Below are positions 53,001-63,679 of a DNA stretch of 64,000 nt, in pieces. The first letter of the stretch is position 1. Every line of letters begins with the position of its first letter. The position numbers were made by a program, and so were the translations under genes. The DNA comes from Perna viridis. Taxonomy: Eukaryota. The DNA is taken from assembly GCA_037379345.1 (NCBI GenBank), contig CM074522.1, positions 37,949,288 to 38,013,287 of the forward strand, given 5' to 3'. The notes under the pieces were generated by a model. That model was not told where the DNA came from. It made no database searches and saw only the letters and a list, made by a program, of their open reading frames with translations.

Positions 53001-56000
53001 TTTCCATTGACACTGGACCTGATAACTTTTCAATGCCACTGGACCTTAAAACTTTTCAATGCCACTGGACCTTAAACCCTTTCCATTGACACTGGACCTT
53101 AGACCTTTTCCAATGACACTGGACCTTAAACCTTTTCCATTGACACTGGACCTTAGACCCTTTCCATTGACACTGGACCTTTAACCCTTCCCATTGACAC
53201 TGGACCTTAGACTGTTTCCATTTCCACTGGACCTTAAGCCAATTCCATTGACACTGGACGGTAAACCCATTCCATTGACACTGGTCGGTAAACCCATTCC
53301 ATTGACACTGGAACTTAGAGCCTTTCCATTGTCACTGGACATTAAGTCCTTTCCATTGACACTGGACCTTAAACCCTTTCATTGACACTGGCCCTTAGAC
53401 CCTTTCCATTGACACAGGCCCTTTAACCCTTTCCACTGATACTGACGTTAGACCCTTTCCATTGACGCTGGACCTTAAACCCTTTTCAATGACACAGGAC
53501 CATTTACCCTTTTTATTGACACTGGACTTTAGACCCTTTCCACTGACATTGGACCTTAAACCCTTTCCATTTATACAGGACCTTAAACCCTTTCCATTGA
53601 CACTGAACCTTAAACTCTTTCCATTGACACAGGACCTTAGACCCTTTCCATTGATATAGGATCCTTGACCCTTTCCATTGACACTGGACTTTAAACCTTT
53701 TCCATTGACACTGGACTTTAAACCCTTTCCATTGACACAGGACCTTAAACCCAATCCATTGACACTGGACCTTAAACCCTTTCCATTGACACTGGACCTT
53801 AAACCCTACTTTGTGATTACATTATGATTACAAAGGAACTATCAAGGCCTCAGATGGTATCTATGGATAATGCATTATGTCAACAACAAAAGAGTAAAAT
53901 GCTTGTTTATCATTCTGTGCTTCTTTGCGTGTAGATTTTTCTTTTTTTTCTTCTTTTTTTTGTGAAGGTATTATGAAATGTTAATTCAATACCAACAAGT
54001 AAAAAAAATCTAATTATTTTAATGAAAAAAATGTTTGTAAGAGCTATCAAAATATCCTATACAATTGTTTTTATGAATTTTATAAGTAGTACAAAAGTAT
54101 AAACCAAAGGTATTATGGCTATTTTCTTTTATATTCAAATATTAAGGGCAGAACTGTTTATGAAACAAGTGCAATGGTTTTAAATTCTAGTGAAAGTCAC
54201 AAATTATTACATTGAATTTGTATACAGATCTATATCGTTTAATAAATTTGACAAAGAAATTGTAGTTTAATCAATTATATTGAAAGTAATCAGACTCATC
54301 TCTGCCTTAAACCCTTTCCATTGATACAGGGTCTTAAACACTTTCCATTGATACAGGGTCTTAAACACTTTCCATTGATACAGGGTCTTAAACCCTTTCC
54401 ACTGACACAGGACCTTAGACCCTTTCCATTGACACATGACATAAATCCTTTCCATTGACACTGGACCGTAAACCATTTCCATTGACACATGACATTAAAC
54501 CCTTTCCATTGAGACTGGACATTAAACCCTTTCCATTGACACAGGACCTTAAACCATTTCCATTGAAACTGGACCTTAAACCATTACCATTGATACAGGA
54601 CCTTAGACCCTTTCCACTAGTACAGGACCTTAAACCATTACCATTGATACAGGACCTTAGACCCTTTCCACTAGTACAGGACCTTAAACCCTTTCCATTG
54701 ATACAGGACATTAAACCATTTCCATTGAGACTGGACATTAAACCATTTCCATTGACACTGGACCTTAACCCTTTCCATTGACACATGACATTAAACCCTT
54801 TCCATTGAGACTGGACATTAAACCATTTCCATTGACACAGGACCTTAACCCTTTCCATTGACACATGACATTAAACCCTTTCCATTGAGACTGGACATTA
54901 AACCCTTTCCATTGACACAGGACCTTAAACCATTTCCATTGAAACTGGACCTTAAACCATTACCATTGATACAGGACCTTAGACCCTTTCCACTAGTACA
55001 GGACCTTAAACCATTTCCATTGATACAGGACCTTAGACCCTTTCCATTGATACAGTACCTTAAACCCTTTCCATTGACACAGGGCCTTTAATCCCAACTC
55101 ATTGATGTGGACAACAGTTTTTGTATTCATAATGAATTGTAAGTATGTATTTTTAAGTGTGTCAAAAACTAATATTGTATCCCCACTTGCCAGAACTGTT
55201 CAGGGTTCAACCACTGTGTTTGTATCATGCTGTGCTCTGTGAAGCTCTTTATTATGTTATTCCAAATAAAGCATCTACTTTTAGTGAGTGATGTGGTAGA
55301 TAACTATGCTCTGCTACCTGTTGTCATGGATACCAACAGAAACCCATTGGAATGGTAATAAGTGAAGACTATGATTAGAATGAGGAATAGGATGACCTTA
55401 ATCCTTAAAACCAAGAAAATAGACAAAACACCAAAACACAAGTTAATTAAAAGAAAACACACAAAAACTAAAGAATAAATGAGTTATGTAGACACCACTA
55501 AAAACTGGGAGTATGGATTAGTGGTTACTTTTATAAAAAAATGGTGTGTAAAATTGGTTGTCAGTAATAAAATCATAAAAATAGCATCATGACATCATAA
55601 TTAGTATCTATTTTTACAATTATTTTTTGTGGTGAAAATGGACTTCCATTGCACTGGAAGTGTAAGCGTCAAACATTTTACTAGAAAAAATCCACGAAGT
55701 TGGGAATATGATGTCAAATCTGGGTTTATAACTCTACAATATGTACTTTGGTATCCTCTAATTAATTGAATTTTCTACAGGACAGAATCAGTGTTGTAAA
55801 ATATCATTCACCCTTTTGGAACTAGACACTCCTTCAGTTTTGAGGAGACAAATAACAATAGTGACATCATTATGACAATATTGTTATGGCTTTTCTACAT
55901 TGTCTATTAAAAACAAAACATAGATGTTTTATATTGCTGTATAAGGTATGCAAAATATTTCATCAAGAGAAAAGGTAGAGGCTTATATTCTCCAGAAAGT

Positions 56001-59000
56001 ATGGTACTGACATTTTACAACATTTTACACCCTTTTACATAAAACATTTTACAGGAGAGGTACATTACTGAGAAACAATATACTGAATCTGATTGGTGGA
56101 TTATTGATGTTATTTTCTGACAATGTAAAATCTTATGAGATGTTGATTGCTGGCAGATTGGTTATTGGGATCTGTGCAGGTAGAGTAAAAATTTAAGCCA
56201 TTTGAAGTTAGTTTCTTGGTTTTCATACCATTTTTCATGAAAACAAAATATGGAATATGGCATTCCTTTTTTACATATATTGCCCCAAAATTGTGATGAG
56301 GGGGCTTTTTCAGTTCAACTCTTTCTTAAAGATTTTTTAGAAGAATTAATGGAAGCAATTGAAATATTTGTTGGGTGTACGAGAGAAGGCAGTATATTTG
56401 TTGGGTGTACGAGAGAAGGCAGTATATTTGGTTGGGTGTACGAGAGAAGGCAGTATATTTGGTTGGGTGTACGAGAGAAGGCAGTATATTTGGTTGGGTG
56501 TACGAGAGAAGGCAGTATATTTGTTGGGTGTACGAGAGAAGGCAGTATATTTGTTGGGTGTACGAGAGAAGGCAGTATATTTGTTGGGTGTACGAGAGAA
56601 GGCAGTATATTTGTTGGGTGTACGAGAGAAGGCAGTATATTTGTTGGGTGTACGAGAGAAGGCAGTATATTTGGTTGGGTGTACGAGAGAAGGCAGTATA
56701 TTTGGTTGGGTGTACGAGAGAAGGCAGTATATTTGGTTGGGTGTACGAGAGAAGGCAGTATATTTGTTGGGTGTAGGAGAGAAGGCAGTATATTTGTTGG
56801 GTGTATGAGAGAAGGCAGTATATTTGTTGGGTGTATGAGAGAAGGCAGTATATTTGGTTGGGTGTACGAGAGAAGGCAGTATATTTGTTGGGTGTACGAG
56901 AGAAGGCAGTATATTTGTTGGGTGTACGAGAGAAGGCAGTATATTTGATTGGGTATATGAGAGAAGGCAGTATATTTGTTGGGTGTAGGAGAGAAGGCAG
57001 TATATTTGTTGGGTGTACGAGAGAAGGCAGTATATTTGTTGGGTGTACGAGAGAAGGCAGTATATTTGGTTGGGTGTACGAGAGAAGGCAGTATATTTGT
57101 TGGGTGTACGAGAGAAGGCAGTATATTTGTTGGGTGTACAAGAGAAGGCAGTATATTTGTTGGGTGTCTGAGAGAAGGCAGTATATTTGTTGGGTGTATG
57201 AGAGAATGCAGTATATTTGGTTGGGTGTACGAGAGAAGGCAGTATATTTGGTTGGGTGTACGAGAGAAAGCAGTATATTTGTTGGGTGTACGAGAGAAGG
57301 CAGTATATTTGTTGGGTGTACGAGAGAAGGCAGTATATTTGGTTGGGTGTACGAGAGAAGGCAGTATATTTGTTGGGTGTACGAGAGAAGGCATTATATT
57401 TGTTGGGTGTACGAGAGAAGGCAGTATATTTGGTTGGGTGTACGAGAGAAGGCAGTATATTTGTTGGGTGTACGAGAGAAGGCAGTATATTTGTTGGGTG
57501 TACAAGAGAAGGCAGTATATTTGTTGGGTGTCTGAGAGAAGGCAGTATATTTGTTGGGTGTATGAGAGAATGCAGTATATTTGGTTGGGTGTACGAGAGA
57601 AGGCAGTATATTTGGTTGGGTGTACAAGAGAAAGCAGTATATTTGTTGGGTGTACGAGAGAAGGCAGTATATTTGTTGGGTGTACGAGAGAAGGCAGTAT
57701 ATTTGGTTGGGTGTACGAGAGAAGGCAGTATATTTGTTGGGTGTACGAGAGAAGGCAGTATATTTGTTGGGTGTACGAGAGAAGGCAGTATATTTGTTGG
57801 GTGTACGAGAGAAGGCAGTATATTTGGTTGGGTGTACGAGAGAAGGCAGTATATTTGTTGGGTGTACGAGAGAAGACAGTATATTTGGTTGGGTGTACGA
57901 GAGAAGGCAGTATATTTGTTGGGTGTACGAGAGAAGACAGTATATTTGTTGGGTGTATGAGAGAAGGCAGTATATTTGTTGGGTGTACGAGAGAAGGCAG
58001 TATATTTGTTGGGTGTACGAGAGAAGGCAGTATATTTGGTTGGGTGTACGAGAGAAGGCAGTATATTTGTTGGGTGTACGAGAGAAGGCAGTATATTTGT
58101 TGGGTGTACGAGAGAAGGCAGTATATTTGTTGGGTGTACGAGAGAAGGCAGTATATTTGGTTGATGTACTTAAGAAAAATGAACAAATTAATGCAAGATA
58201 AAATATATCAGCAAGTTAATAATGGTGATGTTCGACTTCAAAACGATTTCTATCATCTGGTCACTAAAAAAATTTGATCATTTTAACATACCTTGTACTT
58301 ATATTTTTTGAAAATATACAATTGTAGTCTTTGATCATAGAAATTAGAACTTGTTACTATTATTATTATAATTATTATTATTATTATAATTATTATTATT
58401 ATTATTATAATTATTATTATTATTATTATTATTATTTCCATAATTTTGCCCTGATGTTGATCGATTATTACCTGAATGACCTATATTATAACACACTACA
58501 TCTCAGGGATTCTCCTGGGACTAGCAGATTCCCTCAAAGATTGTATTTACATTTGATTGATAAATTCAAATGATAAGATGTTGCAAAGTTTTCCCAAGTG
58601 AGTTCAAACTCAGATGTGATTAAATATAATTAAAATCTTTAAATTTATTTTATTTTCTTAAGAAAATACACAATGGATCAGTTTTTTTTGTTTCAAAAAT
58701 GTTTTTTTCAAGAATTCATGATCAAAAACACTAAAATATGTTGGTTGACAGAAAACTAGTTTTCACATTACTTCAATGTTCATTATTTAATATTTTAGGA
58801 ATATTTACTGGAGCGGCCCCTTTGTACTTGTCAGAGATTGCACCCATATCTTTACGAGGATTTGCTGGAGTGTTCAACCAGCTAGCCATTACTTTCGGTG
58901 TTATGATATCAGAGATTTTAGGCCTTCAGTTTATTCTGGGTACTGCCAAGTTATGGAAATATGCTGTTGGTAGGTACATGTATTCGGACATTTATTCTGG

Positions 59001-62000
59001 GTACTGCTTAGTTTATGAAAAATGCTATTGGATATAATAGCCTTGAAACCTCTAAAGTAACTGGATCTGACCATCAGACTCTTTTTCTAAAATACCTGGA
59101 TCAGACCATCAGCCTATTTTTCTAAAGTAACTGGATCAGACCATCAGCCTATTTTTCTAAAGTAACTGGATCTGACCATCAGCCTCTTTTTCTAAAGTAA
59201 CTGGATCTGACCATCAGTGTCTTTTTCTAAAGTAACTGGATGTGGCCATCAGCTTCATTTTCTAAAGTAATTGGATCTGACCATCAGCCTCTTTTTCTAA
59301 AGTAACTGGATCTGACCATCAGCCTATTTTTCTTAAGTAACTTGATCTGGCCACCGTGAAATAAATTTTGTAATTTTACTCTCAGAATTTCTCCTGCCGA
59401 AACATCACAACTCAAAATATGAAATTTATGTGGAAAATAGCAATAATTTATGGAGAAAATATAAATAAAATATAGAAGAATCATTTGTTATAGTGAATAA
59501 CCAAAAAGTAATTACTCGTGCCAAGAACGCATTAATATTTAACTTGTGCGCTGCACAAGTTCCACACACTCATAAATCTAGGTATTCTAGGAACTCGTGA
59601 TCATATTTTGGTAATTCACTCTAGCCATTATATTATTTTATTATTACAAAAAATTGAGCTGAAGTTACAAAATTAATGACTAGCACCTTCCTAATCTAAC
59701 AACAGAACTTTTGCTTTTTATAATCCTCTTTTAATTTAAATCAATAAATACATTTCTTTTAATGATTGAGAGAACTATAATACAATAAAGAATATGCCAT
59801 GTCTCAAGAGAAAATATAATCAGGTCAGTTAGATTCCAGACTGTAGGCTTAGTCCAGGGTTATCATAATCTCATATCATCATATTCAGTTATTCTTATAT
59901 TATAAATTGAGTTATCTCCCTTTGAATAATTTTGTAGTATGATTGAATTATCTACTCTTGAATTATTTAAGTAGAAATATCTTATCAGTGGTATTGTATA
60001 GGAAGATAGGTATATAGGAATCACCATGTCTGCCTTTCTATCTATTCATTCGTCCATCCATCTATCCATTTGTTTGTCTACATACCTTATAAGCGCAAAC
60101 CTCTTATCAGCCATTGAATTGACTGATTCAGATAAACTTTCATAGGAATATTATGCATTAACAAAGACCTATAATTAAAGAGATAAAAAACTTGTTAATT
60201 GGTCAGTTAATTGATGAAATTATCACACAACAGAGAACAAGATTCCCTGACCTCTCTATTTATTTATTAAACTCATTTTTCACCTTTTGATGAAATAATC
60301 TTAGGTAAATTATAGCAGACGCCCAGAAGAGGTAAAATGGGAAACTGATGATTTTATTCAATTATCTTTAAAAACAAAAAGGTTGTGATAGGTTAATGCA
60401 AAAACATGGAATTTAATTTTGAATTATTTTCATTTTCATAAAAATTGGAGGGGTAGGTAACTTGTTTCCAATACTTCTTTTTTTGTTTGTTTTGGTAGAA
60501 ATAAAAATGTGGTATGAACATGAAGCTAAGATAATGTAGAGTGGCAAACTGAAGGTTTTATTACAATAATTGCAATGTTTTTTTTTTGTTGTGGTCATTA
60601 GTCAAGTTGTCATTTTCAGTTAAGTAAGTACTCATTGTTGGATGAAATATTACAGGAAGGTAAGGCACCAGTGGGAGATGTACTGAAAGATATATAATTA
60701 TTTTACAGTTCTTCCCATGGGAGATAACCCAAGTTAAATGTTTAATATTGAACACCATTTGTAGTATGGGGGATTTCTTAGCTCACAGTATTGTTAGTTT
60801 ATTTATAAGGCAATATATATTTCCTTTAGTGGTAAGAAGCAGTAACAGCTTCAGTAAAAGATACGCAGCTTGTATGAAAATAAAAAAATTAAGGCTCTGC
60901 CAAGAAAATATTAATGTTTAACTTTTAAAATTGTTTAAATATTATAATCAACTGCTTGCTGTCACTGAGAAAGTTTTAGTGGGACAATGAAAAGAACAAC
61001 AACCTATAAAATCATCTTCTATTCTTTACTAGTGAATGTCATTTTGTAATCATAAATCAGAATTATCAGCAAAAAATAACAGTGGGATGATTAAAATATG
61101 TCAAAATAAAAAAAAAAAACTTGGCCTAAATATAAACACATGAAACATAGACAATCTACGTACATGATGTAGCAATCTGAATAAAAAAGATTTCACACAA
61201 AAACTTAAGATACAGGAAACAAAATACACAAAAAACTAAAACCGTAACAATATGAACTCTAACACAAAAACAGGAGTGACAACAGGTGCCCTGGAAGGGT
61301 AAGCATGTCCTACTCTACCAGCGGCACCAACCATATTGGAAGTGAGTATAATCCAGTAATTATGTAGCAACAATAATAGAATTCTGTGACACGTGTCAAA
61401 CACTATTGACATTAAGGTGTAATCAATCATTATTAACTAAGTATCAGCATAGAAGCATAGAAAGTGTGGAGAAATATAAGAAATTGACAAAATTAAATGT
61501 AGATATTTAAAAACCACCATAAAACATGAGCCATTATCAATTATTTTTCTTAAATTTGAGAAATTGATCTTCAACTAGATATCTCAAAGCAATAAATGAT
61601 GTGATAAAAATTAACATAGGGCCAAAAATTTACTTGATAATTTCAAAAGAAATAAAATGAAAATCTCTCTGAATGATTTATCTCTTGAATTTTTCATTCT
61701 GCACAATCAAACTTGTAAGTAACCCATAGTGGCTAGCTAGTTACTAAGCAGTCAAACTAATCAGGTAGTAGAAATATGATGTCTGTCTGTCTGTAGTTAC
61801 CTTGCTTTCTTTACAGGTATGACGATGGTACCCATGTGTTTCCAGTTGTGTACATTAATCTGGTGTCCTGAGAGCCCTAGGTACCTCATGCTGTTCCATA
61901 ATGATGAATATAATGCAGAGAGAGGTAAACTATAATGCACAAGCTTATGGGTACAATTCAAGTTAAAATTACTATTGATCTTAGCTCCCTTTTTGATTGT

Positions 62001-63574
62001 TATAAATGTTTTGGTTTTTTTAATAGTTTTTGGATTGTATTCATAAAAATGGGAATTTCTTCTTAATGCAAAAAAGCAGTTTTCATGAAACTTGGTTGAA
62101 TTGTTTTTTTTATTTTTTTTTTTTAAAAAGCTCCTTTTTTATTTTTTATATTAATATTACAAAGTTCAGAGTTGTACCATCTGTTCAGAATTCAATCATT
62201 GTGGGGTTATCTAGCTGTATGCTGTTAAGCATTATATTAATATTTACAGCATTGAAGTGGTTAAGACAGAAATCAGATGTTTCTGATGAAATAGAGGAAA
62301 TGAGGATCGAAGGAGAGAGACAGAGGAAATCTAAAAAGGTGAGGATTATATATGTGTGTATGAGAGAGATGCACTTACAAGTTCTATTTCATTATCAAGT
62401 GTAAATTGATTATTTAGTGCTTTGAAGGTACATGTAAATAGCAGAATCTTGAATTGATTTTGATACTGAACTTGTAGCCAATGTATAGTACTGGTGTGAT
62501 GTGTTTATGTGAAATTCTCATAAAATTAACATTAACTTACTATGGAATTCATATACATGTAATTTTGAAATAAATTTCACATGATTTTCACATGAAATTA
62601 ACTTGACATTATTCTGATGTGAAAACTTGAAATAGAATTAATGATTAGATTACTGAGGATTAAGCCAGTTAATAAAATATTGATTAGACTTTTATGTTGA
62701 CATGTACTGAGTATGATTGTTGAATGTTCAATGGTGGCAATCCAGTTGTTTGGAACCTATAAAGTTCTATTCCATTCTTTTCATAGGACTCATGTGAAGG
62801 ATAAATAGGATAATTAATTGGAAGGAGTGAATAACCAAAATATGATCACAAGTGCTGAAGAATGCCTAGATTTAACGAGTGTGCATAACATGTTCCACGC
62901 ACGAGTTAAATCTTACTGCGTTCTTGGCATGAATGATCAAATTTTGGTTACTGACGATAACCAATTGATTATCATATGTATTAATTAGATTTCCTCAATT
63001 TTTCGTTGCTATTTTTATCATAAATTTCAAATTTGGTGATTGGCAGATTGATTTCAAAGTTGTGATGTTTTGGTGAGAGAAAGTCTGAGAGTGAAATTTC
63101 CTTATTTATTTCACAGTGTGCATTGTCGAAATTTATTTCACTGGGAACATTTGATAAAACGCTGCTATCTGTATAATAAACAGATTTCACTTGAATTCAG
63201 TAACAAAAATGTATGTACTTGATTCAGGTGAAAGTCTTGTAATTTAATGTGAAAAGCAGGGGAAAATTTTTTGTCTGTGTTCATGTTAATGTCAATGAGC
63301 AATGGTACACTTTAGTGTGAATTACAAATTTTACATAGTAAGTGTGAATTACAGATTTTACATAGTAAGTGTGAATTACAAATTTTACATAGTTAGTGTG
63401 AGTTACAAATTTTACATAGTAAGTGTGAATTACAAATTGTACATGTGTAAATGACCAAATTTACATCTTTTACAGTTTAGTATTACAGACCTATTCCACC
63501 ACAAAGAATTATTTACTCCACTAATTATAGGTCTGGTGATGCAATTATCACAGCAGTGGGGAGGAATCAATGCT
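44015..63574 (+). CDS. SLC2A1-like: Class I facilitated glucose transporter (sugar porter/MFS), exons 1-8, 3'-incomplete: join(44015-44035,46560-46658,50121-50281,56055-56179,58799-58969,61817-61924,62250-62338,63476-63574)
   Basis: 873 nt spliced in frame with all GT-AG introns. Motifs: FGYNTGVVN, N-glycosylation site NTT, NRFGRR, GRLVIG, PLYLSEIAP..LRG, PESPRYL, QLSQQ..GINA. Confidence 0.95.
45363..45917. mobile_element. Candidate MITE with internal ~25-bp degenerate repeats (TTAA-target, Kolobok-like)
   Basis: ttaa|ggtttccc ... gggaaacc|tgaa; internal tgcgtttaaacgaacgctcc variants. Confidence 0.4.
45938..46480. repeat. Intron 1 minisatellite, 23-bp unit x~24
   Basis: tactgttactaacatgacaaaca. 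Confidence 0.95.
46560..46658 (+). CDS. SLC2A1-like: GLUT exon 2 (TM1: GFNGHLAFAIASCVLGASFTFGYNTGVVNTAEE)
   Basis: ttttcag|GGT ... GAG|gtaagg, 99 nt. Confidence 0.95.
46632..47530 (+). repeat. 35-bp minisatellite made of the last 27 nt of exon 2 plus the first 8 nt of intron 2, ~25 copies
   Basis: actggtgtagtcaatactgctgaggag|gtaaggat; the first unit is the real exon/donor junction. Confidence 0.95.
48102..49465. mobile_element. Tc1/mariner-type MITE nested in the HINE-like element
   Basis: TA|ctgtgaaagtac...ggtac...atttttgtg and ccacaaaaattggtacc...agtttcacaa|TA imperfect TIRs with TA flanks. Confidence 0.55.
48378..48877 (-). mobile_element. Full-length ~500-bp SINE-like retroelement with a 12-bp TSD
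   Basis: TSD gtcacaaggagg at 48366-48377 and 48878-48889. 3' tail atatggctgaaatattgctgctcgggcgttaaacccc(aaca)n. Central gaccttaaacc...gcacgttaaaaaatcc block resembles Deu/Nin-type SINE domains. No tRNA A/B boxes. Confidence 0.9.
50121..50281 (+). CDS. SLC2A1-like: GLUT exon 3 (IIKDFYNTTY...WSITVSAFALGGMIGGFSAGYLCNRFGR)
   Basis: ttttgtag|ATT ... AG|gtttgt, 161 nt, phase 0 to 2. Confidence 0.96.
50560..53807. repeat. Intron 3 minisatellite, 27-bp unit, ~120 copies with higher-order blocks
   Basis: ccattgacactggaccttaaacccttt; 537-bp and 268-bp block duplications. Confidence 0.97.
54305..55090. repeat. Second array of the same 27-bp minisatellite
   Basis: Same unit, separated from the first array by ~500 bp of unique AT-rich DNA. 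Confidence 0.96.
56055..56179 (+). CDS. SLC2A1-like: GLUT exon 4 (RGTLLRNNILNLIGGLLMLFSDNVKSYEMLIAGRLVIGICA)
   Basis: ttttacag|G ... G|gtagag, 125 nt, phase 2 to 1. Confidence 0.95.
56363..58165. repeat. Intron 4 minisatellite, 30/31-bp unit x~59, highly homogeneous
   Basis: tatatttg(g)ttgggtgtacgagagaaggcag; source of the long overlapping spurious ORFs. Confidence 0.98.
58355..58435. repeat. (TTA)n microsatellite
   Basis: Direct reading. Confidence 0.95.
58799..58969 (+). CDS. SLC2A1-like: GLUT exon 5 (GIFTGAAPLYLSEIAPISLRGFAGVFNQLAITFGVMISEILGLQFILGTAKLWKYAV)
   Basis: ttttag|GA ... G|gtaggt, 171 nt, phase 1 to 1. Confidence 0.96.
59050..59352. repeat. Intron 5 minisatellite, 35-bp unit x~8.5
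   Basis: tctaaagtaactggatctgaccatcagcctctttt. Confidence 0.95.
59357..59625 (+). mobile_element. Dispersed repeat ending in a ~130-bp imperfect palindrome; inverted partner at 62820-63140
   Basis: agtgaataaccaaaa...ttttggtaattcact plus a flank actctcaga...aaacatcacaact shared in reverse orientation with 62820-63140. Confidence 0.65.
61246..61340 (-). mobile_element. Diverged Naiad-type 3'-end motif fragment
   Basis: Reverse complement ccaatatggttggtgccgctggtagagtaggacatgcttacccttccagggcacctgttgtcactcctgtttttgtgttagagttcatattg. Confidence 0.65.
61817..61924 (+). CDS. SLC2A1-like: GLUT exon 6 (GMTMVPMCFQLCTLIWCPESPRYLMLFHNDEYNAER)
   Basis: ctttacag|GT ... G|gtaaac, 108 nt, PESPR motif. Confidence 0.96.
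62250..62338 (+). CDS. SLC2A1-like: GLUT exon 7 (ALKWLRQKSDVSDEIEEMRIEGERQRKSKK)
   Basis: tttacag|CA ... AAG|gtgagg, 89 nt, phase 1 to 0. Confidence 0.95.
62820..63140 (-). mobile_element. Inverted copy of the 59357-59625 palindromic repeat
   Basis: agtgaataaccaaaatatgatcac...attttggttact and agttgtgatgtttt...tctgagagt. Confidence 0.65.
63314..63440. repeat. Intron 7 minisatellite, 27-bp unit x~4.5
   Basis: agtgtgaattacaaattttacatagta. Confidence 0.92.
63476..63574 (+). CDS. SLC2A1-like: GLUT exon 8 (FSITDLFHHKELFTPLIIGLVMQLSQQWGGINA)
   Basis: ttttacag|TTT ... GCT|gtaagt, 99 nt, TM7 QLS motif. Confidence 0.96.
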
Positions 63575-63679
63575 GTAAGTTTTAGAATAGAAAATACCTG
63601 CACTGTATATTGTACTTCATTGAATCACATGCATGTACATCACTAAGAGCTGATATACATGTAGCATATACATGAAGAC

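Noticed and set aside
50535-55091. LDLKPFPLT / SSVNGKGLR repeat ORFs resembling LRR or repeat proteins
   Set aside because: 27-bp intronic minisatellite with frequent frameshifting indels; exon 3 splices in phase to exon 4 without it.
56250-58277. Long ORFs up to 623 aa on both strands
   Set aside because: They are translations of a stop-poor 30/31-bp minisatellite inside GLUT intron 4; several frames are open at once and there is no domain signal.
58331-58573. Tyr-rich 80-aa ORF
   Set aside because: Translation of a (TTA)n microsatellite.
45938-59352. Regular 23-35-bp repeats as possible CRISPR arrays
   Set aside because: Head-to-tail units with no unique spacers, no cas genes and a eukaryotic intronic context.
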